A stretch of DNA of 64,000 bases, from assembly GCA_041576165.1 (NCBI GenBank), contig JBFGLM010000017.1:24807-88806 (forward strand). The letters run 5' to 3'. The translations under genes and the position numbers were made by a program. Source of the DNA: Acidimicrobiia bacterium (lineage in GTDB: Bacteria > Actinomycetota > Acidimicrobiia > Spongiisociales > Spongiisociaceae). Shown in pieces: positions 30,203 through 39,937 of the stretch (the stretch's first letter is position 1; every line of letters begins with the position of its first letter). The notes under the pieces are model-generated. The model was not told the DNA's origin. It ran no database searches and saw only the letters and a program-made list of their open reading frames with translations.

Positions 30203-31549
30203 ATGTGTAAACGATTCGTGCTCATCTCTGCGATGACGCTGATCGCCGTACTCGGGCCGCTGGCGAGCATCGCGAGCGCACAGGAGGGCCCGACCATCGA
30301 TGATGTCGCGGCGGCGGTGGACACGGTTTGGGTCGTCCTGGCCGGGATCCTCGTGATGTTCATGCAGCCCGGGTTCGCGCTGGTGGAGGCGGGATTCACC
30401 CGAGCCAAGAATGCCGGCAACATCGTCATGAAGAACTTCATGGACTTCTCGGTCGGAGCCATCATCTACTGGGCGATCGGGTTTGGGCTGGCGTACGGCG
30501 GAACGTCGATCGGGGGTTTTCTGGCCACCGGTGACTTCTTCATGAACAACAGCGACCGGTCCGTGGAGTGGTTCTTCCAGGTCGTATTCGCGGCCACGGC
30601 GGCAACAATCGTGTCCGGAGCGATGGCGGAGCGCACGAAGTTCTCCGCCTACCTGCTGTACACGCCATTCATCACGGGCCTCATCTACCCCATCGTCACC
30701 CACTGGGTGTGGAGCGGCGACGGGTTCCTCACCAAGCTCGGCTACTACGACTTTGCCGGCTCGGGTGTTGTGCATCTCACCGGTGGCGTCGCGGCCTTGG
30801 CGGGCGTCCTCACCATCGGTCCCCGCATTGGAAAGTACGACAGCGACGGCAAGCCACTCCCGATCCCCGGGCACTCGCTGACCCTCGGCGCGCTGGGTGT
30901 GTTCATCCTGTGGTTCGGCTGGTACGGCTTCAACGCCGGATCCACCCTGGCTGCGGTCGGTTCGCATGGCGCGATCGGTGCCGTCGTCGTGACGACCACG
31001 CTGGCCGCCGCCGCCGGGGCGCTCGGTGCGATGCTCACCGCGTGGGTGTTCCCAGTGTACGGTCGTCCGGACGTCGGGTTGACGCTGAACGGAGCGCTGG
31101 CCGGCCTGGTAGGCATCACCGCCGGACCGGACGTGATCAGCAACCTAGGGGCCGTGATCGTGGGCTTGATTGCCGGCGTCATCGTGGTCGTGTCGATCGT
31201 TGGTTTTGAACGAGGAGGAGTGGACGATCCGGTCGGCGCCATCTCCGTCCACGGATCGGCCGGCATCTGGGGTGTCCTGGCCGTCGGGCTGTTCTCGACC
31301 GACAACGGCCTGCTGTATGGAGGCGGCTTCGAGCAGCTCGGATCGCAGATCATCGGGGTCATTGCGATCGTCGCCTGGGTATTCATCAGTTCGACGATCG
31401 TGTTCAGGGTGATCAGCTCCGTCTGGGGGATCAGGGTCACGCCCGAAGAGGAGCTGGCCGGACTCGACCGGATGGAGCACGGGGCGGAAGCGTATCCGGA
31501 GTTTCTCGAACAGATCGCGTCACCGGATGCGCTCGATCCGGTGATGTGA
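30203..31549 (+). CDS. amtB: Ammonium transporter
   Basis: MFMQPGFALVEAG, SGAMAER, DFAGSGVVH, LWFGWYGFNAGS, DDPVGAISVHG. Confidence 0.97.
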   Translation: MCKRFVLISAMTLIAVLGPLASIASAQEGPTIDDVAAAVDTVWVVLAGILVMFMQPGFALVEAGFTRAKNAGNIVMKNFMDFSVGAIIYWAIGFGLAYGGTSIGGFLATGDFFMNNSDRSVEWFFQVVFAATAATIVSGAMAERTKFSAYLLYTPFITGLIYPIVTHWVWSGDGFLTKLGYYDFAGSGVVHLTGGVAALAGVLTIGPRIGKYDSDGKPLPIPGHSLTLGALGVFILWFGWYGFNAGSTLAAVGSHGAIGAVVVTTTLAAAAGALGAMLTAWVFPVYGRPDVGLTLNGALAGLVGITAGPDVISNLGAVIVGLIAGVIVVVSIVGFERGGVDDPVGAISVHGSAGIWGVLAVGLFSTDNGLLYGGGFEQLGSQIIGVIAIVAWVFISSTIVFRVISSVWGIRVTPEEELAGLDRMEHGAEAYPEFLEQIASPDALDPVM

Positions 31550-31573
31550 GCGATTGAACTCAGAGGACATCAC

Positions 31574-31611
31574 AACGAGGAGCGGGCCGGTGGCGGCCCG
31601 CTCCTCGTTTT
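31574..31611 (+). terminator. Intrinsic terminator after amtB
   Basis: AACGAGGAGCGGGCCG-GTGG-CGGCCCGCTCCTCGTT followed by TT. Confidence 0.85.
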
Positions 31612-31644
31612 GGCGCCGCACGCCGTTGGGCCGAGAATCACAGT

Positions 31645-33066
31645 GTGCGCGGCACTGCAGTGATCGTCGGTTCGGGCCCCAACGGGCTGGCAGCTGCCAT
31701 CACGCTGGCGCGGGCCGGTCTGGATGTGACCGTACTAGAGGCTGCCGATTCGATCGGGGGCGGCACCCGGACTGAGGAACGTACGCTGCCGGGGTATTTG
31801 CATGATGTGTGCAGCGCCTTCCATCCGCTGGGGGTTGCATCGCCCTTCTTCGCCGATCTCCCTCTCGGTGAGTACGGGCTCGAATGGGCCACGCCCCAGA
31901 TCCAAGCAGCACACCCGCTGGACGACGAGACCGCCGCCGCCGCCTACCTCTCGCTCGATCGCACCGCGACCGGGCTGGGCGCCGACGGGGCGGTCTGGGC
32001 ATCCGACGCCGGTCGCCTCGCTCAACGATGGGACCAGCTGGCCCGCCCGTTGCTCAGCCCGCTGATCCGCGTGCCCCGGCGACCGCTGGCTATGGCCTCT
32101 TTCGGGCTGCGAGCGGTGATGCCGGCAACCGTGTACCTGCAACGGCGCCTCTCCACCCCACGAGGCCGAGCGCTCTTCGCCGGAATGGCGGCGCACGCGA
32201 TCCTCCCCTTCAACCGGCCGCTCACGGCATCCTTCGGTCTCTTGATGGGGGCACTGTGCCACGTCGCCGGCTGGCCGGTAGCGGTGGGTGGATCCGCCAC
32301 TATCACCGTCGCAATGGCTCGCTACCTAGAGGCGCTTGGCGGCACCATCGTCACCGGGCAGAGAGTCACAGCGAGCACGGACCTACCTGCGTCGGACATC
32401 GTCCTCTACGACACGGCCCCCGCCACAGTGGCCAGCATCTACGGTGACCACCTCCCGGCCCGGGCCTCGCGCCGCCTGCGCAGATTCCGCTACGGACCGG
32501 CGGCATTCAAGCTCGACCTTGCCACTTCGTCGCCGATCCCATGGGCCGCCGCCGAATGCCGGGCGGCCGGCACCGTCCACTTGGGAGGGACCTGGGAGGA
32601 GATCGCTGACGCCGAGGCCGCTGTCTGGGAGGGGCAACACCATCCCGCCCCGTTCGTGATCGTCGGCCAGCAGAGCATCGTCGATCGTACCCGCGCCCCC
32701 GAGGGCGGGCACACCGTGTGGGCGTACTGTCATGTGCCCAACGGCTCCACTGTCGACGCGACCGACACGATCCTTCGTCAGATCGAGCGGTTCGCACCGG
32801 GATTTCGCCAAACCATTCTCGAGGTCGCCAGCCTCAGCCCGGCCGAGCTGGAAGCGCACAACAGCAACTACGTCGGCGGCGACATCTCCGGCGGGGCACA
32901 CAACGGCCTGCAGCTGGTCGCCCGGGGCGGGATCAACCCGTATCGCACGGGGATCGATCGTGTGTATCTCTGTTCTGCGTCGACGCCGCCGGGTGCCGGG
33001 GTCCATGGCATGTGCGGTTGGAATGCGGCCAGCGCCGCCCTCACCGACCTCCGTAGCCGCGCCTGA
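31645..33066 (+). CDS. FAD-dependent oxidoreductase, phytoene dehydrogenase-like family
   Basis: GSGPNGLAAA Rossmann motif, HDVCSAFHP, YVGGDISGG, STPPGAGVHGMCG. Confidence 0.9.
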   Translation: MRGTAVIVGSGPNGLAAAITLARAGLDVTVLEAADSIGGGTRTEERTLPGYLHDVCSAFHPLGVASPFFADLPLGEYGLEWATPQIQAAHPLDDETAAAAYLSLDRTATGLGADGAVWASDAGRLAQRWDQLARPLLSPLIRVPRRPLAMASFGLRAVMPATVYLQRRLSTPRGRALFAGMAAHAILPFNRPLTASFGLLMGALCHVAGWPVAVGGSATITVAMARYLEALGGTIVTGQRVTASTDLPASDIVLYDTAPATVASIYGDHLPARASRRLRRFRYGPAAFKLDLATSSPIPWAAAECRAAGTVHLGGTWEEIADAEAAVWEGQHHPAPFVIVGQQSIVDRTRAPEGGHTVWAYCHVPNGSTVDATDTILRQIERFAPGFRQTILEVASLSPAELEAHNSNYVGGDISGGAHNGLQLVARGGINPYRTGIDRVYLCSASTPPGAGVHGMCGWNAASAALTDLRSRA

Positions 33067-33170
33067 CCCGATACGATGCGACCGACCGGGACCTCGCGCC
33101 GGGCAGCCCGGTTTGTCACGAGATCGGCTCCCACCGTCGGCGCCAGGCCACAGCTCAGGGAAGGACTGAT

Positions 33171-34166
33171 ATGCGCCACCCGGTCAACAGGCTGATAGCG
33201 CTCCTGGCCGTGTTGGTCGCCGTGGTCGGCGCCGTTCCCGCGGGGGCCGCCACGCCGGCCGAAGGTGGCCGGTTCTGGGACGACGACGGCTGGACCCATG
33301 AGGGCAACATCGAGGCGATCGCGGCGAGGGGAGTGACCCAAGGCTGCGCACCGGAGGGCAACGCGTACTGCCCGGAACTGGGCGTGACGCGTGCGCAGAT
33401 GGCCTCCTTTCTGGCCCGGGCGCTGAAGCTGTCGGGTTCCGACGACGGCCGGTTCACCGATGTAGCGACCGACAATGTCCACCGGACCAACATCAACGCC
33501 ATCGCCGAAGCGGGCATAACCCTGGGGTGCAACGCCGGTGGCACGTTGTTCTGCCCCAGCACGTTCGTCACCAGAGCCCAGATGGCCTCGTTCCTGGCCC
33601 GAGCGCTCGACCTGGCACCCGTAACCGGCGGCGCCTTCCAGGACGTCACCGGCGACTTCGCCGTCCACGAAGAGAACATCAACGCTATCGCTCGGGAGGG
33701 CATAACCCTCGGGTGCAACGCCGCGGGCACCCTCTACTGCCCGGGAAACGTCGTGATCCGGGGCCAGATGGCCTCGTTCCTCGCTCGCGCCTTGAACCTG
33801 AGCCCGACTGCGGTGGCCCCCCGGCTCTACCTGCTGGACTTCGCCACCTGTGACACCGACGGCTTCTGTTCGGGCACCGGCGCCGCCGATACCGGCGCCT
33901 TCTTCATCCGGCACGGTTTCGTGTTCACACCGGACGACCCCGACTTCGAGGCGGTCAAGACCGATCCCAACACCGGCTTCGTGTTGATCGTGGACGGAAT
34001 TGAACTGCCGTCGACGCCGATCACATCAACGTTCACCGACGAGGTGGCCCGCTGGGATGTCATCGACTTTCCGAATGGCTTGACCGGAACGCACGAATTC
34101 GAGATGCAGTGGGTGCGGCTGGGAGAGGTCGTGCAAGATGGGCTGGTGACGATCACCTTCGGCTGA
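33171..34166 (+). CDS. Secreted S-layer homology (SLH) domain protein
   Basis: Signal peptide and three repeats F.D...HE.NI.AIA..G(V/I)T.GC......(Y/F)CP...VTRAQMASFLARAL. Confidence 0.9.
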   Translation: MRHPVNRLIALLAVLVAVVGAVPAGAATPAEGGRFWDDDGWTHEGNIEAIAARGVTQGCAPEGNAYCPELGVTRAQMASFLARALKLSGSDDGRFTDVATDNVHRTNINAIAEAGITLGCNAGGTLFCPSTFVTRAQMASFLARALDLAPVTGGAFQDVTGDFAVHEENINAIAREGITLGCNAAGTLYCPGNVVIRGQMASFLARALNLSPTAVAPRLYLLDFATCDTDGFCSGTGAADTGAFFIRHGFVFTPDDPDFEAVKTDPNTGFVLIVDGIELPSTPITSTFTDEVARWDVIDFPNGLTGTHEFEMQWVRLGEVVQDGLVTITFG

Positions 34167-34195
34167 CGAGCCCGCCCGGCCTGCGACCGGAGCGA

Positions 34196-35065
34196 TCAGT
34201 CCGCCCAGCGATGGGGGCGGGCCAGGACGTCGGTGAACCCCAACTCCTCACACAGCGCCTCAAAGTCGGCGCGCCGGACGCCCATCCACTCCAGATCGGC
34301 GAGAGACTCCTTCAGCGGCACATCGCGGCGCAGGGTCGTGAGCGTCCGGTAGAGCATCGCCGCATCCCGATTGGCCTCGAGATTCTCCGACAAACGGCTG
34401 GCCCCGCGTACCTTCACGTCCCACTGCGCCGGATCGGACGGAATCCGCTCGATGCGACCGTACCGGGCCAGCAGCGTAGAGGCCGACTTCGCTCCCCACG
34501 CCGGTATGCCGGGAACACCGTCGGCCGTGTCCCCCAACAGCGCCAGATAATCCGGGATGGAGGCGGGCTCGATCCCGAACTTCTCGCGCACGCCATTCTC
34601 GTTGATCTCCAGATTCTCCCGGCGATTGTGGGACACGATCACGTCGCCCAGCACACACTGCATGAGATCTTTGTCGGGACTCAGGATGACTACCTTCTCC
34701 ACGTCGTCGACCCAGCGCAGGGCCGCAGTGGCGATTGCGTCGTCGGCTTCAAACTCCAGCATCGGCCAGACGACCACGCCCAACGTTTCCAGTGCCCGTT
34801 CGGCTAGCGGGAACTGTGCCATCAGTTCCGGCTCGACGCCCTCGCCGGTCTTGTAGCCCGCAAACATGTCATTGCGAAACGACTCGATGACGGTGTCCGT
34901 GGCTGCGCCCACATGGGTCACGTCCGGCTGGCGGAGGAGCGAGAGGGTCGTCTCGATGACACCCAGGACCGCGCCTACCTCCCGCCCGTCCGGGGCCCGG
35001 CGCGGCGGGAAGCCGTAGTACGCCCGAAACAGCTCATAGGTAGCATCTAGCAGGTGGAGGAGCAC
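34196..35065 (-). CDS. Stand-alone 5'-3' exonuclease / flap endonuclease
   Basis: LLDATYELFRAYY, FRN..FAGYK, EADDAIAT, SPDKDL, LLGDTADGVPGI (H3TH). Confidence 0.92.
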   Translation of the reverse strand: MLLHLLDATYELFRAYYGFPPRRAPDGREVGAVLGVIETTLSLLRQPDVTHVGAATDTVIESFRNDMFAGYKTGEGVEPELMAQFPLAERALETLGVVVWPMLEFEADDAIATAALRWVDDVEKVVILSPDKDLMQCVLGDVIVSHNRRENLEINENGVREKFGIEPASIPDYLALLGDTADGVPGIPAWGAKSASTLLARYGRIERIPSDPAQWDVKVRGASRLSENLEANRDAAMLYRTLTTLRRDVPLKESLADLEWMGVRRADFEALCEELGFTDVLARPHRWAD

Positions 35066-35071
35066 GACGGC

Positions 35072-35392
35072 ATGGTAGGTGAGCCGACCAGCGCGGCCAC
35101 CCGGGACGCATGGAAGTCGGTCACAGAGGAGGTCAGCCGCCTCGGATCGAGCTTGCGCGCCCACTATGTCACCGAGGGCCGTACGGACGCGCTAGCCGAG
35201 CTGCGCGAGGCAGTCCAGGACCTCGCCGTCGCTGCCACCCGGGTGGGATCGGCCGCAGCTGGCGCTATCCGGGATCCCGAGGTTCAGGAACACGCGCGAG
35301 ACACCTTCAAGGCTTTGCTCGCCGCCCTCACCAGCACTGTGGACAATGTCCGTTCCGACCTCGCAGACCAGAACGGTGACGAGCCACCATGA
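35072..35392 (+). CDS. Hypothetical helical protein
   Basis: Amphipathic helical ORF between the exonuclease and sulfurtransferase genes. Confidence 0.6.
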   Translation: MVGEPTSAATRDAWKSVTEEVSRLGSSLRAHYVTEGRTDALAELREAVQDLAVAATRVGSAAAGAIRDPEVQEHARDTFKALLAALTSTVDNVRSDLADQNGDEPP

Positions 35393-35456
35393 GCAATCAC
35401 CCCGCCGCCGCCGGGCGCCCCGGCCCGGGCCAGTGGCCGGCCATGCCGGTAACGCC

Positions 35457-36317
35457 ATGATGGTGCGACCGATCGTTTCGTCGTCCTGGCTCGCACCACG
35501 GGTCGACGACGACGTTATTCGCATCGTCGATGTGCGGTGGTATCTCGATAATCCGGACAGGGGCAGGGCCGACTACGAGCGAGCGCATCTGCCCGGCGCG
35601 ATCTTCCTCGATTTGGAGACCGAACTCTCCGGTCCCACCGGGCCAGGCCGGCATCCACTTCCCGACTTCGGATGGTTGGCATCCCGGTTGGGGGAGCTGG
35701 GGATTGGCGACGATCACCACGTCATCGCATACGACGACAACACAGGATCCATCGCAGCTCGTCTGTGGTGGATGCTTCGCCACGTCGGGCACACTGCGGT
35801 GTCGGTGCTGGATGGAGGTTTCGAGCTCTGGCAGGCGTCCGGATTCCCCACGACGGACAGTATCGAGACGCTGGAGCCGGCCGCGTTCACGATACGCAGC
35901 GTGCGCGACGACACGATCTCCCGCGACGAGCTGATCGGGCGCTTGGGCGAGGTGGCGCTACTCGACGCCCGGGCCGCGCCCCGCTTTCGCGGCGACATCG
36001 AGCCGGTCGACCCCGAGGCCGGGCATATCCCGACCGCGCTCAGCGCTCCATTTGACGAGAACCTCAATCCCGACGGGACCTTCAAGAGCCCGGAGGAACT
36101 GGCGCGGCGCTTCGCGGCGATGGGAATTGAGCCCGACAGTGACATCGTGGCCTACTGCGGCAGCGGGGTGACCGCGTGCCACAACATCCTGGCGCTGCAC
36201 CTGGCCGGGCTGTCCGAAGCGATGCTCTACCCGGGTTCGTGGAGCGATTGGTCGACAGCGGGGTACCCGGTTGCCACCGGGTCACAACCCGGTACCGTGC
36301 CCCTCCACATGCCCTGA
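35457..36317 (+). CDS. Sulfurtransferase (tandem rhodanese, 3-mercaptopyruvate type)
   Basis: HLPGA, GRHPLP, ARLWW, LDGG, GHIP, YCGSGVTA active loop, YPGSWSDW. Confidence 0.93.
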   Translation: MMVRPIVSSSWLAPRVDDDVIRIVDVRWYLDNPDRGRADYERAHLPGAIFLDLETELSGPTGPGRHPLPDFGWLASRLGELGIGDDHHVIAYDDNTGSIAARLWWMLRHVGHTAVSVLDGGFELWQASGFPTTDSIETLEPAAFTIRSVRDDTISRDELIGRLGEVALLDARAAPRFRGDIEPVDPEAGHIPTALSAPFDENLNPDGTFKSPEELARRFAAMGIEPDSDIVAYCGSGVTACHNILALHLAGLSEAMLYPGSWSDWSTAGYPVATGSQPGTVPLHMP

Positions 36318-36332
36318 AGCAGCAGGAGAACC

Positions 36333-37253
36333 ATGGCGCGTGGCACTCACGCCGCGGTACCCGACCCGCGCAACGACGACGTCCTGATCTATATCAATGG
36401 GGACTTCTACCCGCGCGCCGAGGCCAAGATCTCGGTCTTCGATAGCGGCTTCTTGGTCGGGGATGGGATCTGGGAGGGCATCCGGCTGCACAACGGGCGA
36501 TTCGCGTTCTTGGACCGCCACCTCGACCGACTCTTCTCCGGCGCAGCAATGATCGGTCTCGACCTTGGCATGAGCCGCCAAGACGTGGCTACTGCTCTCA
36601 CCGAAACGGTGGAACGCAACAACATGGACGACGACGTACACATACGGCTGATGATCACCCGCGGCGACAAGAAGACGCCGTCGCAGCATCCATCAAACGT
36701 CATCTCGGGTCCGAACGTCGTGATCATCGCCGAGCACAAGCTTGCCAATCCGGAGGTCAAGCAGACCGGCGTCTCGCTGTTCACCGCAACGATCCGCCGA
36801 CCTCCTCCCGACACCCTCGATCAACGGCTGAATTGCCATTCCAAACTTCACGAAGTGATCGCGCTCATCCAGGCCACCGCGGCCGGCGCCGACGAGGCCT
36901 TGATGCTGGACCCGACCGGCGCGGTCGCCACCTGTAACGCCACCAACTTCTTCATTGTGCGGCGTGGCGAGGTCTGGACCTCGACCGGCCACTACTCCCT
37001 CAATGGAATCACTCGCGGGGTCGTGCTCGAGGTGGCGCGCGCGGCCGGGATTCCGGCCTTCGAGCGGCCGTTCTCTTTGACCGACGTATACGCCGCGGAC
37101 GAGGCGTTCGTGACCGGCACCTTCGGCGCGCTTACCCCGGTACGGGAGATCGACGGCCGCACCATCGGCACGGCCGGGATGGGGCCGGTAACGGCTCGGC
37201 TGCATGAGCTCTACGACGAGGCGCTGGCAGCGGACCCGGGAGCAATCCATTGA
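36333..37253 (+). CDS. Aminotransferase class IV (BCAT/DAAT-like)
   Basis: SVFDSGFLVGDGIWEGIR, HLDRL, LNCHSKL, ADEALML, LNGITR, DEAFVTGT. Confidence 0.92.
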   Translation: MARGTHAAVPDPRNDDVLIYINGDFYPRAEAKISVFDSGFLVGDGIWEGIRLHNGRFAFLDRHLDRLFSGAAMIGLDLGMSRQDVATALTETVERNNMDDDVHIRLMITRGDKKTPSQHPSNVISGPNVVIIAEHKLANPEVKQTGVSLFTATIRRPPPDTLDQRLNCHSKLHEVIALIQATAAGADEALMLDPTGAVATCNATNFFIVRRGEVWTSTGHYSLNGITRGVVLEVARAAGIPAFERPFSLTDVYAADEAFVTGTFGALTPVREIDGRTIGTAGMGPVTARLHELYDEALAADPGAIH

Positions 37254-37972
37254 CCATACGCATCAACGTCTGCTCCGGTCCCCGCAACATCTCTACCGCT
37301 GTCATGTACTCGTTCCGACAGCGCGACGACACGACGGTTGTGGATGAACCGCTCTACGCCTACTACCTGGCGAGCACCGGGGTCCGCCACCCGGGTGCCG
37401 ATGAAGTCCTCCGATCGCAGAGTCCGGACGGCGAGGCGGTCGTACGCGACGTCATTCTGGGTCAATATCCGACGCCGATCGTGATGTTCAAACAGATGGC
37501 GCACCACCTGCGCGGCCTCGACACATCGTTCCTCGCGGCGTGCACCAACGTGATCCTGACCCGACATCCCCGGGACATGCTGGCCTCGCTCACCGTCCAA
37601 CTGCCCGACGCGACCATTGAAGCTACCGGGTTGCCCATGCAGGTCGAGCTGCTCGACAAGATGCTGGCCGAGGGCGCGTCGCCCATCGTTGTCGACGCGC
37701 GAGCGTTGCTGGAGGATCCCGAGAGTGTCCTCACCGAGCTGTGCCGGCGGATCGCCATTCCATTCGACCGGTCCATGCTGGCGTGGCCACCCGGCCCCAA
37801 GCCGGAGGACGGGGTCTGGGCACCGCACTGGTATGCCCGTGTACACCAGTCGATGGGCTTTGCACCGTATCGGGAGAAGACAGATCCTCTCCCTTCCTAT
37901 CTGGAGCCGCTGCTGGCCGAATGCCTGCCACTGTATGACCGGCTGGCCGAGTTCGGGGTGACGCAAGCATGA
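37250..37972 (+). CDS. Sulfotransferase-like P-loop protein
   Basis: SGPRNISTAVMYSF.QR, DEPLY, FKQMAHH, WPPGPKPEDGVWAPHWY. Confidence 0.8.
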   Translation: MTIRINVCSGPRNISTAVMYSFRQRDDTTVVDEPLYAYYLASTGVRHPGADEVLRSQSPDGEAVVRDVILGQYPTPIVMFKQMAHHLRGLDTSFLAACTNVILTRHPRDMLASLTVQLPDATIEATGLPMQVELLDKMLAEGASPIVVDARALLEDPESVLTELCRRIAIPFDRSMLAWPPGPKPEDGVWAPHWYARVHQSMGFAPYREKTDPLPSYLEPLLAECLPLYDRLAEFGVTQA

Positions 37973-38901
37973 CCCGCCGCTTCCTCATCGATACCGACAC
38001 CGCCTCGGACGACGCGGTGGCACTCGCTATGGCATTGCGCGAGCCGAGCATCGAAGTGGAAGCGATCACGGTCGTGGCGGGCAATGTCCCGCTCGATCAA
38101 GCGGTGCAGAACGCATTGTTCACCGTCGAGCTGTGCGATCGGGCTGTTCCCGTCTACGTCGGTCGCGCAGAGCCGATCATGCGGGATCTGGAGACCGCTC
38201 AGGACGTGCATGGATGGGATGGGATGGGCGACATCGGCCTCGACCTGGCCGGGCGGACTCCGGCCGACGGGCGGGCGGTTGATGTGATCGTAGAGACGGT
38301 GCTGAGTGCGCCCGATCAAATCACGCTCGTGACCCTGGGGCCGCTGTCAAACGTGGCGACTGCCCTCCTGCGGGCGCCCGAGATCGCCGAGGCTGTGGGG
38401 CACTGCTACGTGATGGGTGGGACCGGGGCGGGGCACGGCAACGTCACGCCCTTGGGCGAATTCAACTTCTGGTGCGACCCGGAGGCGGCGGCCATCGTCC
38501 TCCGCTCCGCCATGCCGTTGACGCTGGTCGGTTGGGACATCTCAGTGGCGTCGGCGACGTTCGATGACGCGGAAGCAAACGAGCTGCGGGCGGTCGGGCG
38601 GCTCGGCGCATTCGCCGTGGACATCCAGAGCGTTCTGACTGACTACGCCCGGCAAGAGGCCAAGCTGGCCGGCTTCGACCTGCCGGACCCGATCGCAATG
38701 GCGGTCGCCCTCGACCCCTCGATCGCAACCGTTGAGCACCGGTACGTGGAAGTCGTGATCGGGGACGGCGTAGCTCGGGGACACGACGTCGTGGACTGGC
38801 TGGGGGCTACCCGCAATCCAGCGAACGCGTCGGTCGTCACCGAAGTGCCGCGGGATCGCTTCGTTGCCGACGTCCACCGGCTTCTGTCCGATCCGGCGTG
38901 A
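37969..38901 (+). CDS. Nucleoside hydrolase (IU-NH family)
   Basis: DTDTASDDA, VAGNV, VHG.DGMG, LGPLSN, EFNFWCDPEAA, PDP. Confidence 0.93.
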   Translation: MTRRFLIDTDTASDDAVALAMALREPSIEVEAITVVAGNVPLDQAVQNALFTVELCDRAVPVYVGRAEPIMRDLETAQDVHGWDGMGDIGLDLAGRTPADGRAVDVIVETVLSAPDQITLVTLGPLSNVATALLRAPEIAEAVGHCYVMGGTGAGHGNVTPLGEFNFWCDPEAAAIVLRSAMPLTLVGWDISVASATFDDAEANELRAVGRLGAFAVDIQSVLTDYARQEAKLAGFDLPDPIAMAVALDPSIATVEHRYVEVVIGDGVARGHDVVDWLGATRNPANASVVTEVPRDRFVADVHRLLSDPA

Positions 38902-38956
38902 ACGTGATGCGGCGCCTTCTCTGCGGGATACACCCGGGCCTGTACGCTTGCCGGCC

Positions 38957-39937
38957 GTGATAGAGGACCTCCGACGCCTGGTTGAGGCCAACGACGCCGA
39001 CGCGCTGCTGCGCCGGGTGGATGGGTTGTGCAGCGGCCGGGACTGGCAGACCCTGTCCTATCTGCAGACGCTGTGCCGGGAGGCAGTGACCCGAGGAAAG
39101 CAGCTCTGGTCGGTAGCCGATCACATCGATTACCGGCTTGCCCTCGAGGCCCCGGCCGAGTGGGCGGGTCCAATCGTGACCGAGACCGCCAGCCGCTTCC
39201 TCCTCGGTCCGCTGCCGGAAGTGGTGGCGTCGACTCACACATGGGTCCAGCTTGCGCCCCACCTCCCGGAGGGACCGGCGCGGGCCGTCGTCGCCCATGA
39301 GCGTGTGCTGCGCGGTGAGGATTTGCGTCAGGACGCCTCGATCGATCGAGCCGTGCTGGAGATACCGCTCGTCGCCGAGCCATGGGAGCCGGTGTACCCG
39401 CTCGCCACCTACCGCCCACACAAGGCAGAATTCCCCATGCCCCAACTCCCACCTTACGACCTGGCCGACCTCGCCGGACCGGCGCCGGCGACCGACGACC
39501 CCGGCGCCCGGGAGGCACTGGCCGCCATCGTGGCGACCTGGACGGACAGCTCGAACGGTCGGGTGGATGTGGCGGCTGTAGAAGGTGATGCCCGGTCGGC
39601 CATCGCCAGCCTGGGTCTGCGCAGGGCGGCGCTCGCCGAGCTGTCGCTCCAGCAGGCCATGGGCTTGATAGCGTGGGCCGGCGCCAGCGGTGGAGCGTAC
39701 GGCCGCCGACGTGGTGCGGCGGCCGGACGCTTCACAGCGTGGTGGACCGTCGCTACGCTGACAGATCTGATCCACGATTGGCCGATCGCAGGTGAGGAAC
39801 TCGTGGAGGCGGGGACCGAACTGACCTGGTACGCCTTCTCGGATCTGTTCCCCTCCACCGGGTGGTGGTTCAAATTGGCCGCTGAGGACACGATGCACGG
39901 CCTGGCCTGGGCTGTCTCCGCCGGGGACGCAGCATGA
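38957..39937 (+). CDS. Conserved hypothetical protein (DUF6183-like, tentative)
   Basis: Long ORF with ATGA overlap into menE; family recognised from memory only. Confidence 0.65.
   Translation: MIEDLRRLVEANDADALLRRVDGLCSGRDWQTLSYLQTLCREAVTRGKQLWSVADHIDYRLALEAPAEWAGPIVTETASRFLLGPLPEVVASTHTWVQLAPHLPEGPARAVVAHERVLRGEDLRQDASIDRAVLEIPLVAEPWEPVYPLATYRPHKAEFPMPQLPPYDLADLAGPAPATDDPGAREALAAIVATWTDSSNGRVDVAAVEGDARSAIASLGLRRAALAELSLQQAMGLIAWAGASGGAYGRRRGAAAGRFTAWWTVATLTDLIHDWPIAGEELVEAGTELTWYAFSDLFPSTGWWFKLAAEDTMHGLAWAVSAGDAA

Noticed and set aside
31645-33066. Carotenoid desaturase crtI as part of the light regulon
   Set aside because: Belongs to the broad phytoene-dehydrogenase-like family; no crtB or crtE nearby and no TTTAGT operator upstream.
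33070-33170. Riboswitch in the SLH gene leader
   Set aside because: One imperfect hairpin only; no match to c-di-GMP or c-di-AMP consensus as recalled.
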